NCBI GenBank assembly: GCA_043228905.1
Contig: JBHGNT010000001.1
Span: 16,988,001-17,052,000, forward strand
DNA length: 64,000 bases
DNA from: Azolla caroliniana
Taxonomy: Eukaryota > Plantae > Polypodiophyta
Direction of reading: 5' to 3'
The translations under genes were made by a program, and so were the position numbers. The notes beneath the pieces were generated by a model that saw nothing but the letters and a program-made list of their open reading frames with translations, searched no databases and was not told the DNA's origin. Positions 25,101 to 37,364 of the stretch are shown here, piece by piece. The first letter of the stretch is position 1, and every line of letters begins with the position of its first letter.

Positions 25101-27350
25101 CGGTGGCCTTGTTCGGAAGGAGGTCCGGTTTTGTTTACTGGCCAGAAAATCAGTGCACTTCTCCAAGTGCACGTTCTTCACTGGAATGAGGTTGTCATCT
25201 ACAAGCCTCTTCATCCCCTTCTCGCTCATGTGACACAGCCTTTTGTGCCACAGCTCACCGGCAGTGTCAGATGCCACGTTCACTTCCTCCGGACATAATC
25301 GGGCATTCATCAGGGACAACGTGTTTACCTTCCGGGCCTGAGCCACAATCAAGCGCCCTTTGCTGAACTTCATAACACCGTTCCGGATGCTACCCGTGTA
25401 GTCTTCATCATCTAGCCGACCGGCTGATATCAGGTTCAGAGGAACCTCCGGAACGTGTCGGACATCCTTCACCAGCAGCTTGCATCTGGTTGGTGTTGTC
25501 AACCACACATCTCCTATGCCGACAATTCGGCATGTACCTTCATTCCCCATCCGAACACAGTCGTGATCACCGACTGAGTAGGATGAGAAGCATTTCCGGT
25601 CCGGGGTAAGGTGGAACGACGCTTTGGAGTCGACCACCCAGGTCATCTCGTCACCAGCATGGTTTATCTCACTCTCCTCGGTGATGAGCATCAACTCTTC
25701 TTCACTTGCCGTGATTGCCGTAGTCCCCTTCCGGTCCATTCACCTCCGGTCTTTACCGTTCTAGTCCGGTGTCCGCTTCGAATCGGTACTGTCAGTTTCC
25801 TTGTCTTTTCAGAAATGCCGATAGTTCTTCTGGAAGTGTCCCGGCTTGCCGCAATAGAAGCAAGTAGGCCTCCCCCTTGACTTTGACCGTGTCCCGGACT
25901 TTTCCCAGTTCTGGGGACTACGGTTCCTTTGTCTTCCGCGTTCCAATTCGGTAAGGAGCGCTTTGGAGTCGGAGCTCGTATCCTTATCTTTCCAATGCGC
26001 CTCCTCATCTATCAAGCTCGACTTCACTCTTGCTAGGGATAACCGTTTCCCTTCCGACCCGGCGTTGCCCAAGATGACAACCAACGTCTCCCAGCTATCT
26101 GGGAAGGAACCGAGCAGGAGTAGTGCTAGTACCTCATCGGCAAGAGGTACTTCCAATGATGTTGCCTGGTGGATCAGCCCCTGGAAGGCATGCATGTGCT
26201 CCGCCATGCTGGAGCCATCTTGGTACCGGAGTCTTACTAGCTTCCCCAATACCGAAACCTGATTAACAGCATTTTTGTTTTGAAACATAATGCCAATCTT
26301 CTCCCAGAGCTCATGAGCCTTGCTCTCTTCATTGAAGTTGTTGTATAGGCTCATCTCGATGAAGCACTGTATGTACGTCGTTGTCTTCATGTGCATCACC
26401 TCCCATATCGTGGCGTCGATTTTGTCCGGTCTCTTGTCCCCGAATTGAACCGACAACCAAAGATCTTTAACCACGAGCATGTCCCTCACCTTCGACTTCC
26501 ACACTGAATTGTTGGAGCCCGTGAGCTTGAACATGCCGCCCAACGATTCATCCATTTTCTGTGTCGTTTCGCTCTGATACCACTTTGACAGGAACTACAC
26601 GCTCCGATGAACACCGCTCGGCCACAACCGAGCTTAGAATCAAAACACAAAAAAACGGGGAATGACTGCACTACACAATGGAGAGAAGAGAACACAGGAT
26701 GTTAACGTGGAAAACCCAAACTAGGGAAAAAACCACGGCAGCCCACAGACTGCAAACTATCACTATGTCAGAATGTACAAATGGTAAAGCACCGAAGCAA
26801 CGACCTCGAGCTTTCTATCTTCACCACAGGCGGCGGTTACTACAGAGGCAACGACATCTTCCTCTCTCTCACTCTCTCTGTACACAGTTGGACGCTCTAA
26901 TCTTGCGCCAACAAGAATGACAACAACATCACAATGAAAGAGTTTGCCCTAAGTCATATTTATACTAATATGACTTTTCGGCTATTTACAAATATAGCCC
27001 CGATGGATTCGCAGAAAACATATTTACGAATATGTCCCTTCATCTAGTGAGCACTCTTCACTGAGCCTGCATCATCCGGCTCTTGCCGGGCACTTGTCAT
27101 CCGGTTCTCACCGGGTCTTCACCATCCGGCTCTTGCCGGGTACTGCTCATCCGATTCTCACCGGGTCTTTACCGTCCGGATCTTGTCGGGTACTTCTCAT
27201 CCGGTTCTCACCAGGTCTTCCATTGCTGGGTACTTCTCATCTTGTTCTCACTGGGTCTTCCGTTGCCGGGTACTACACATCCGGTTCTCACCGGGTCTTC
27301 CGTTGCTGGGTACTTCTCACTTCCCATCTAGAGGGAGCTGTTTCCTAACA
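22104..27350 (-). mobile_element. Copia-B1 LTR retrotransposon
   Basis: LTRs 22104-22901 and 26586-27350; TSD CATAT; PBS TGGTATCAGAGC at 26571-26582; PPT 22902-22916; ~400-bp internal deletion near 24125. Confidence 0.95.
22912..26555 (-). pseudogene. Copia gag-pol (gag, PR, INT, partial RT, RNaseH)
   Basis: ORFs 25809-26555, 24429-25739, 23782-23979 (YVDD), 23080-23781. Confidence 0.93.
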
Positions 27351-29404
27351 CATATTTACGGCCGGTCGTTTCTTGGAGCTTTTAACCGGACATTGATTAC
27401 TGTAATGTCCTTCTTGCTGGCAATAGTAGCAGTACACTTTTCGGGTGTTGCTGGATTCGGCGTTCGCTGTGGTACCCAATTGAGGTCCTATTGGTGGTCG
27501 GTTAGGTGGTTGGCCTTAGTCCAGTTGGGTACTCGATGTGCCGTTGTCTGGCTGCCATTGGTGGTCCTCCTTTCTAGCATTCCATTTTTTGTTGAAGCGT
27601 TTTTTGTTCCGGTAACCCTGTCGGGGTCAGTTTTCATAAGTGCCTTGATCCTCCCTCCATTGGTTGTAACCGGGGGAGTGATCTCGGTTGTATCGCTCAA
27701 ATTGATCACCGTTGTATTCCCGATAGGTATGTTGCCGGTCTCGGTCGTGAGCGTCTTTTCTGTCGTTGTGCCGGACATCTTGCGCCAGCCAGTAACACTC
27801 ATCTCGCCGCCAGCGTTCTTCTTCCTCCTCCCGGTTACTCCAGGGTTCGATTTGCCTTACCGGTGCTGCTTGCCGGTTCAGCAAGTTATATTCGCATCGG
27901 TCCATTGTGTGCGCCCTGGAATGGCATAACATGCACTGTGTCCGCATGGTACATTTCATTGCCGAGTGCCCGGCATTGAGACAAGTCGTACATTGTATAG
28001 CTTGCCAAAAACGTAGGTCGTCTTCTGTCGGTAATGTACGTTGGAGTGCCCCCATTGTTAGCCACGAGCTTGTTTTCTCCATCTCCCTGACCCGTACTAT
28101 GACTTGGTCGATTGTGCTCGTCCTGAAATCAATCATTGCGCACACCATATGCAGGGGTTCCTGGAGTGTTGCTAGGAATATTGCTTTAGCCTCTACTTCC
28201 AGTGTTGCCCGATTTAGCTGGTTGTGCATTCGCTGGAACCGGATTACGAATTGTTGAATGGTTTCCGTAGGTTCCTGCCGTATGGTGTAGAATAGGCCGA
28301 CCATCTCCCGTTGATCCACCTCCTTGTTGAAGAACTGTAAAAATCTGGTTTTTAAGTCCTCAAACGTCGTGATGGTGCCGGGAGGGTGCATCAAGCGCCA
28401 TCGCGCGGCTGGTCCTTCCAAGGTCATGTCCAACTCTGCAATCTTCGAGCGTTCTGCTTCGGCGGCAGTCAAGCGTTGCGAAACATGGTTTGCTTCCCAT
28501 GTTTGTAGAAATGCATAGACATGAGCTTCTGCGTCTGGAACATCCCAGTACTTGGGATATTGGAACGACATGTTGTTTTGGTGTCGGAACACGAGTTGGT
28601 GGTGTCAGAGGTCTCCCCTCCTCTTCTTTCGGTGTCTCACGTGGCGGTGTCGGAAGTTGATCCACCACTTGCCGGTCTGGGGCTTTCAGTTCTGTAAACT
28701 CTGGTTCTGGTGTCGGCAAGGTATCTGAATGCTCGTCCTCTGGTCCGTCTGGGGTGTCGTGGCTACTACGGTAATTCGAATGGGCACTGCATTTGCCGTC
28801 CGAATCCGATTCGAAGGCCGAGAACGGTTCCGAAATGCCTCCCCCTATCGCTAGTGCCTGCAGAATGGATTCCGTGTCTCGGAGACTACTCAAGTTGCTT
28901 CGTTCATCCGGTTGGGAATTCTGCTGCCCATGGAGTGACACCATGGCCACTCGCCGGATTACTTTGGAAAATGACCGATCCACACGGATCTCTTCTGCCG
29001 CTTGCTGGAAAGCCTCTCGCTTTCGCAATCATTCGACAAGTCTTCTTGCTCGCTCCATAACCGGGTCATTTGTTGGTCTAGTCATCCATGCCCGCCGATG
29101 TTCGCTGCGTTTCTGCAGGAATCGTGGTCGCCAAAAACTGTGTTATCACTAGGGCCGGACAATGGCCTAACACAGGGTGACCCTTTGAGACACTTCACCA
29201 AAGGGATGTTGTGGTGAGATAAACTTACACCGAGCTATTAATGAAGCCCTAGTTGGTTACTAATCGGCAAGAGCATTGGTCACAATGAATGCATAAGATA
29301 GATTTCACTTAGCATAGAATGGTAATTAACTTGATTAAGATATAGAACAATAGCACTCTTATTAATTATCCGCTAATGATAGGCCGAGGTCGAAACCGTA
29401 TGAG

Positions 29405-29785
29405 GAGGACCCGACTACGGAGAGCCGGATGATACAGACCCGGTATGAAGACTGGATGAGGAGTACCCGGCTACAGAGAGCCGGATAGTGCAGACCCGGT
29501 ATGAACCGGATGAGGAGTACCCGGCTACGGAGAGCCGGATGGTGCAGACCCGGTATGAACCGGATGAGGAGTACCCGACTACGGAGAGCCGGATGATACA
29601 GACCCGGTATGAAGACTGGATGAGGAGTACCCGGCTACGGAGAGCCGGATGGTGCAGACCCGGTATGAACCGGATGAGGAGTACCCGGCTACGGAGAGCC
29701 GGATGGTGCAGACCCGGTATGAACCGGATGAGGAGTACCCGGCTATGGAGAGCCGGATGGTACAGACCCGATGAGAACCGGATGA
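29405..29785 (+). repeat. 54/55-bp tandem repeat in the Copia-B LTR U3 (about 7 units; also 34135-34515 and 1415-1590)
   Basis: Unit GAGTACCCGGCTACGGAGAGCCGGATGGTGCAGACCCGGTATGAACCGGATGAG. Confidence 0.92.
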
Positions 29786-30264
29786 AGAGACATACTCGTA
29801 AATATGTTTCTGAGAGTCCATCGAGGCTATATTTGTAAATAGCCGAAAAGTCATATTAGTATAAATATGACTTAGGGCAAACTTTTAGTTAGAGTCGTTG
29901 TTATTATTTCTTGTCTGCGTGAGATCAGAGCATGTAACAGTGTACAGAGAGAGAGAGAGAAAGAGGTCGCTGCCTTTGTTGTAACCGCCGCCTGTGGCGA
30001 AGATCGTGAGCATGAGGTCGTTGCCTCCGTGTACTCACTGTTGTACATACTAACCTAGTGATAGTTTGCAACCTATGGGCTGCCGTGGTTTTTTCCCTAG
30101 TTTGGGGTTTTCCACATTAAACATCCTGCGTACTCTTCTCTTCCATTGTGTCGTTCTTTATTTCCCGTTTTCTGTGCATAAATCTAAGCTTGGTTGTGGC
30201 CGAGCATTGAGCATAAGGAACGATTAGTTCCCGTCAAGTGGTATCAGAGCGAACGACAAAGAAA

Positions 30265-33200
30265 ATCGACGAATCGTTTGGCGGCATGTTCAAGCTCACC
30301 GGCTCCAACTATTCAGTGTGGAAGTCGAAGATGAGGGACATGCTCGTGGTTAAAGACCTCTGGCTGCCGGTTCAGTTCGGGGACAAGAGACCGGACAAAA
30401 TCGACACCGCGATATGGGAGGTGATGTACATGAAGACAACGGCGTACATACGGTGCTTCATCGACATGAGCCTATACAACAACTTCAATGAAGAGAGCAA
30501 GGCTCTTGAGCTCTGGGAGAAGATCGGCAAGAGTAAAGTCGAGCTTGCTAAATGAGGAGGCGCGTCGGAAAAATAAAGATACGAGCTCTGACTCCAAAGC
30601 GCTCCTTACCGAATCAGAACGCGGAAGACATAGAAACGGTAGTCCCCAGAACCGGGAGAGTCGGCGACACGGTCAAAGTCAAGGGGGAGGCCCACTTGCT
30701 TCTATTGCGGCAAGCCGGGACACTTCCAAAAGAACTATCGGCATTTCCGAAAAGATAAGGAGACCGATGGTACTGATTCGAAGCGGACCCCGGACTGGAA
30801 CGGTAAAGACCGGAGGGGGCCGGACCGGAAGGAAACGACGGCAATCGTGGCAAGTGAAGAAGAGTTGATGCTCATCATCGAGGAGAGTGAGATAAACCTT
30901 GCCGGCGACGAGATGACCTGGGTAGTAGACTCCGCAGCATCGTTCCACCTTACCCCGGATCGGAAATGCTTCTAATCCTACTCAGTCGGTGATCACGGTT
31001 GTGTCCGGATGGGGAATGAAGGTACATGCCGAATTGTCGGCATAGGAGACGTGTGGCTGTCAACTCCAACCGGATGCAAGTTGCTGCTGAAGGATGTCCG
31101 ACACGTTCCGGAGGTTCGTCTGAACCTGATATCAGCTGGTCGGCTAGACGATGAAGGCTACACGGGTAGCATCCGAAACGGTGTCATGAAGTTCAGCAAA
31201 GGGAGCCTAATTGTGGCTCGGGCCCGAAAGGTCAACACTCTGTACCTGATGAATGCCCGGTTATGTCCGGAAGAAGTGAACATGGCATCCGACACTCCCG
31301 GTGAGCTGTGGCACAAGAGGCTGTGTCATATGAGCGAGAAGGGGATGAAGAGGCTTGCAGACGACAACCTCATTCTAGTGAAGAACGTGCACTTAGAGAA
31401 GTGCACTGATTGTCTAGCCGGTAAGCAAAACCGGACCTCCTTCCGACCAAGGCCACCGATGAGACGTGATGCACCACTGGAGTTGGTGCATACGGATGTG
31501 TGTCAAGTAGACACGAAGTCACATGCCGGAGCGCAGTACTTCGTGACGATCATAGATGACCACAACCAGAAGCTGTGGGCCACACCGTTGAAGACGAAGG
31601 ATCAGGTGTTATCCGTCTTCAAAGAGCTCCACGCGAGAGTGGAAAGAGAAACCGGCCGGAAGCTGAAGGCGGTTCGAGCAGATAACAAAGGAGAATATCG
31701 GGGGCAGTTCGAGGAGTACTCCCGCTCAAAGGGAATTCGGCTCGAATTTACCGTGCCAAAGACGCCGGAACTAAACGGACAAGCCGAGAGGATGAACCGA
31801 ACCATAATGGAGAGGGTGCGGAGTATGCTAGCGCATGCAAAACTACCCAAGAAGTTTTGGGCTGAGGCACTGTCGACGGCAACATATTTGATAAACAAAT
31901 CACCCTCAGTACCCTTGGACGGAGACACGCCACAGAGAGTATTGACCGGTAAGGAAGTATCCTACTAGCATCTGAAGGTGTTCGGGTGTCTCGCGTACGT
32001 GCATGTAGCTAAGGACCGGAGAGGAAAGTTAGATCCAAAGCCCCGGCCATGCATATTCCTCGGTTACGGTGACGATGAGTTCGGCTACCGAGTGTGGGAC
32101 CTAGTCAACAAGAAGGTATTCCGGAGTCGAGATATTATCTTCATGGAGAACAACACGCTCGCCGACTGGGAGTCGGAGAAGAAGATAATGAACTCCGAGT
32201 CAACCGGTAAGGATCGACTCTACGATGAGCAGACCCAACCGGCAAGAGACCGGTTAGCACTCGAGGGACCAACCGGTTACGGTGAGGATACCGAACAGGC
32301 TGAAGAAGAAGTAGAGGAAGTTGAAACCGGAACCGGCCAAGACCTCGAATCGGATTCGGATGAAGAGCAAATGGATGAGCCGGTCACCGAAGCCCAGAGA
32401 CGGAGATATCCTCTCAGAGAGAGAAGGGCCCCCCGGAGATTTCCGGATGCAAAGCATGTTCTGCTGACCGATGAGGGGGAGCCGGAAAGCCTCGAAGAAG
32501 CAAAGGAAGACGCCCACAGCCAAAAATGGTTAAGTGCCATGTAGGATGAGATGGATTCCCTGCATGAGAACCATACGTACGAATTGGTGGAGTTGCCGAA
32601 AGGAAAGCGGGCACTCCGAAACAAGTGGGTGTACAAGTTGAAACCGGGCGATGCCGGCAACCCCCCGAGATACAAAGCGAGGATCGTGGTGAAGGGGTTC
32701 CAGCAGAAGAAGCTCGTGGACTTCGACGAGATATTTGCCCCGGTAGTAACGATGACCTCCATCTGGACGGTGCTGAGTATAGCGGCAAGCATGGACCTCG
32801 AGGTAGAGCAGCTAGACGTGAAGACGACATTCCTTCACGGTGACCTCGAAGAAGAGATCTACATGCAACAACTGGAAGGATTCGTGGAGAAAGGGAAGGA
32901 GCACCTGGTTTGCCGGCTGAAGAAGAGCCTCTACGGGTTAAAGTAGGCCTCCCGGCAATGGTACCGGAAGTTCAACTCCTTCATGACCGATCAAGGGTAC
33001 CACAAGACGCAGGCCGACCACTACGTGTTTGTGAAGAAGTTTGAAGGAGGCGACTTCCTGATACTCCTTCTGTACGTGGACGACATGTTGATCGTTGGAC
33101 GGGACCAAGTCAAAATACGGATGCTGAAGAAGGCTCTCAACCGGACCTTCTCAATGAAAGACTTGGGTCCGGCAAGACAGATGTTGGAGATGCACATCAT

Positions 33201-34050
33201 TCGGGACCGGTCAGCGAAGCAATTATGGCTGTCACAGGAGAAGTACATGACAAAGGTGCTTCACCGGTTCAACATGTCAGATGCGAAACCGGTCGGATCG
33301 ACACTTCCGGCAAACTGCAAGCTATCCGGTAAGCAAAGCCAGAAGACGAAAGCAGAGAAGGCGGATATGATGAAGATTCCATATGCCTCTACCGTCGGGA
33401 GCTTGATGTATGCAATGGTTTGTACCCGACCGGATATAGGATACGCAGTCGGAGTGGTGAGCCGGTTTATGAGCAATCCCGGCAAGGAGCACTGGAACGC
33501 AGTCAAATGGATACTCCGGTATTTGAAGGGCACTTCAAATATGTGTCTCCGATTCGGCTCCGGAAAACCTCAACCTGACGGTTTCACCGATTCGGACATG
33601 TCGGCTGATGTGGATACCAGCCAGTCTACATCCGGGTATGTAATGACATATGCAGGAGGAGTTGTTTCGTGGCAGTCGAGGCTGTAGAAGACGGTTGCAT
33701 TATCAACCACAGAGGCGGAGTACATGGCAGTTGTGGAAGCCGGCAAGGAAATATTATGGATGAAGGACTTCATCGGAGAGCTCGGTATCCCGCAAGAGGA
33801 ATACCGACTCTATTGCGACAGTCAAAGTACCATCCACCTTGCTAAGAATGCGGCCTACCATTCCCGGACGAAGCATATCCAACGGAGGTATCACTGGATC
33901 CGGGAAAGAGTAGATGACCAGGAGTTCGCGCTGATGAAGATCCACACGGCCGAGAACAGGTCAGATATGCTGACCAAAGTGCTGACACCCGACAAGCTGG
34001 ACGCATGCTGGAAGAGGATCGGACTGGTAAGACACCCCATGCCGGAGTGA
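30265..34050 (+). pseudogene. Copia gag-pol with a gag deletion and nonsense codons
   Basis: ORFs 30238-30555, 31009-31968, 31978-32544, 32551-32946, 32983-33687, 33724-34050 are colinear and separated mostly by single stops. Confidence 0.95.
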
Positions 34051-34970
34051 AGGGGGAGTTTGTTGGGAGACAGGTCCCTCCGGATGGAAAGGGAGAAGAA
34101 CAGTACCGATGACCAAACTCCGAAACCGTATGAGGAGGACCCGGCTACGGAGAGCCGGATGATACAGACCCGGTATGAAGACTGGATGAGAAGTACCCGG
34201 TTACGGAGAGCCGGATGGTGCAGACCCGGTATGAACCGGATGAGGAGTGCTCGGCTACGGAGAGTCGGATGATACAGACCCGGTATGAAGACCGGATGAG
34301 GAGTACCCGGCTACGGAGAGCCGGATGGTGCAGACCTGGTATGAACCAGATGAGGAGTACCCGGCTATGGAGAGCCGGATGGTGCAGACCCGGTACGAAC
34401 CGGATGAGGAGTACCCGGCTACGGAGAGCCGGATGGTGCAGACCCGGTATGAACCGGATGAGGAGTACCCGGCTATGGAGAGCCGGATGGTACAGACCCG
34501 GTGAGAACCGGATGAAGAGACATACTCGTAAATATGTTTCTAAGAGTCCATCGAGGCTATATTTGTAAATAGCCGAAAAGTCATATTAGTATAAATATGA
34601 CTTAGGGCAAACTTTTAGTTAGAGTCGTTGTTATTATTTCTTGTCTGCGTGAGATCAGAGCATGTAACAGTGTACAGAGAGAGAGAGAGAGAGAAAGAGG
34701 TCGATGCCTCTGTTGTAACCGCCGCCTTTGGCGAAGATCGTGAGATCGAGGTCGTTGCCTCCGTGAACTCACTGTTGTACATACTAACCTAGTGATAGTT
34801 TGCAGCCTGTGGGCTGCCGTGGTTTTTTCCCTAGTTTGGGGTTTTCCACGTTAAACATCTTGCGTACTCTTCTCTTCCATTGTGTCGTTCTTTATTTCCC
34901 GTTTTCTGTGCATAAATCTAAGCTTGGTTGTGGCCGAGCGTTGAGCATAAGGAACGATTAGTTCCCGTCA

Positions 34971-35808
34971 AGAGCTTTTGTAATTTGACTGAACGCTCTG
35001 TTCACTATCCGATTCCGACTCTAAGGTCGAGAATGTCTCCGTTGCCTTCGGCAAGCGTCCGCAATCACGATTTTGCCTCTTGTAGGCTCGTTAGACTACT
35101 TTCCTCGTCGAAAAGTTGTTGTTTTTGGAACCGAAGTGCTTCTTCTGCGACCCTTCGAAGCACTCTGGGAAAAGACTGATCCTGTCGGATCTCCTCGGCT
35201 GCTTGCTGGAAGGCTTCCCACCTTTGCTGCCTTTTGGCTAGTCTTCTTCCTCGTTTGGTGACTTGGTCGTTAGTCGGTTGAGACATCCATGCCCCAGTGT
35301 TCTCTGCTCACTGCAGGAATCGTAGTCACCAAAATCTGTGTTATCCTTTAGGCTGGACAAGCCCTAACATAGGGTGTCCCTATGGAACACTTCACCAAAG
35401 GGTGGTACAGTGAGATATGGATGGACCGTGGTATCAAATGGGTCTTAACCGGTTACTAACCGGCACTCTTAATGATCGTAACACACACGTAAGATTAATT
35501 ATATTAAGCACAGGACGGTAACCAAATAGACACTAAACAATATGTAAAATAGCAGTGCTTCTATTAATTATCCGTCTCTAATTACATTCTTGTCGGGTCC
35601 TTTTATAGGTCTCCAGTTGAGTTACAAACCGGTGCCAACCGGCAACCGGCAACGATCCGGTCCGGATCCGAATCGGCATACCGATTTTGGTCCGTCCACC
35701 CGCTTCTGAAAATAACATAATATTTATTAATTACAACTCCCTATCCCTAATTAAATACTCCTTTCACATTCTGGACTCTAACCGGCCCTTTGGTCTTGCC
35801 GACCAACA
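34971..35808 (-). mobile_element. Gypsy 5' end: LTR 35339-35808, PBS, gag N-terminus
   Basis: LTR homologous to 29141-29380 and 45801-46269; PBS TGGTGACTAC at ~35322-35331; MSQPTNDQVTKRGRRLAK homologous to the gag start at 29085. Confidence 0.85.
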
Positions 35809-37364
35809 GATACCAAGTTCTTTGTAATTATCGGGACATGCAGCATGTTTCGCATCACCCCCTTTTTGTCCGACATGGCTGAGTGGTACATCACCCACGT
35901 GTTTGATGGGATGTACGGTGTTGTCGTTGGTCTCGACAACTCGTGATTGTTTCGGTTTTCCAAGCTTGAGAACCATTCCACATGGTTCATCATGTAATTT
36001 GACTCTCTAGAATCTACGTACCAGACCTCCTCTGGATTCATGCTACGTACTCCCATCTGGTTTGCCTTGTGCTTCATCACCAGTGCGGAGTCCGTTTTAG
36101 CTTGATCTCCTTTTCCGGCGTAGTGCAATCGGCGACACCTATCTACATCACTCCAGCTCAATCTGTCTCTATCGAAATCAGAGCACTTTTTCGAACACGT
36201 GCTCTTTGTGTGGCCCTTCTGGCCACAGCACCAGTAGTCTATAGCAGCCCTTCCTTGCCAGCTTCTGGCGCCGCCTTCACTCCCCTTGCTAGTGGAGCGT
36301 TCGGAACTACTATCGGCATTTCTATTATGCCTCTGGTTCTGCTCTTGTCGGCCGCCTTCATTGCGTGCCGACTTGCATCGTCCACCACAACCACAGGGCC
36401 GGTCCGCCTCCGTGTACAACATCTTGTTGTCGATGTCCGTTCTCATTGATGCACCCGCGTGGTTCTCTTCAATGAGTATCATCGACTGCACCTCGAAAAA
36501 CGAAGACAAACTCTCCCTCGTGCAGATTGCCATTCAGAATGCTCCGAACTTCGACGCCAACCCACCAAGGAAAACTTGCACCATTTCGTCCTCCTCAATG
36601 GTCACGTTGATGGAGGTGAGGGAGTCACAGATCTCCTTAATTCGGGCTGTGTAATCGGCCACAGATTGATCTTTCTACCAAACATTGTTGAGCTCCTACC
36701 TAAGTTGCAGCTTCTTGGCAGTTGTGCTAGTGGCGAAAATCCTTTTGAGATTTTCCCATGCATCCTTTGGTGTCTTGGCATCCCGGATATAGCTGAGTAG
36801 TTTATCTCCGACATTGGATGCGAAGCAGTACATAACTCTGCTTGCCGCCTGTTCCCAAGCTGAAAAGTCCCTGTGTACCGCATTCGGTGCTGCATCATTA
36901 GCTCCTTCGACATAGCTCCAATATCTGTGTCCGGGGAGATATTGGTGCATCTTGTATGACTAAGATGCATAGTTGCTTCTGTCGAGCTTCTTTGTCAAAA
37001 GCGAGCTGCCCATGCCTCTATCCATGTTCCTGTTGTTTCGTAAGAAGGAAAGTCTATGTGTGGTCTTTTCTTTTCAGTCGACTGCAGGATTCTCAACCCT
37101 CGCACTTTGATACCATGTAAAAAGATACATGTGGAAGTGTATGTGACACACCAAGTATCGTCGGTTATCCAAAAAGCAACAGTTAGGTATACGCAGAGAA
37201 TGGAGATACACAGTGTGAGAGAGAGACTGAGTGGAGCAAACAACAAAATGATTCTATTGCAAAAAACTCAGTACATACAATGTGCTCAATGAGCACTATT
37301 TATACAAGTCCTCAAAGGGTTGACAAGTACTTCAATGCTCATAAATGAGCTACTGACACTAACA
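35809..37364 (-). mobile_element. Copia-D 5' part: LTR 37116-37364, PBS, gag, protease
   Basis: PBS TGGTATCAAAGT at 37104-37115; gag AKTPKDAWENLKRIF; protease WYVDSRESNYM. Confidence 0.82.

Larger units (their letters stand above)
21900..29085 (-). pseudogene. Gypsy gag, split by the Copia-B1 insertion
   Basis: ORFs 28360-29028 and 27627-28592, resuming as NMVVVEVADIQQVTTRAKGK below 22103. Confidence 0.85.
14433..29380 (-). mobile_element. Athila-like gypsy element, nearly full length, decayed
   Basis: 3' LTR 14433-14884; 5' LTR 29141-29380 (truncated); PBS TGGCGACCAC at 29124-29133; order gag-PR-RT-RH-INT-extra ORF. Confidence 0.88.
29381..34970 (+). mobile_element. Copia-B2 LTR retrotransposon (5' LTR start deleted)
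   Basis: LTRs ~29381-30236 and 34061-34970; PBS 30239-30250; PPT GAGTGAAGGGGGAGTT before 34061. Confidence 0.93.

Noticed and set aside
34135-34515. CRISPR-like regularly spaced repeats
   Set aside because: Head-to-tail tandem units with no unique spacers, inside a copia LTR, and no cas genes.
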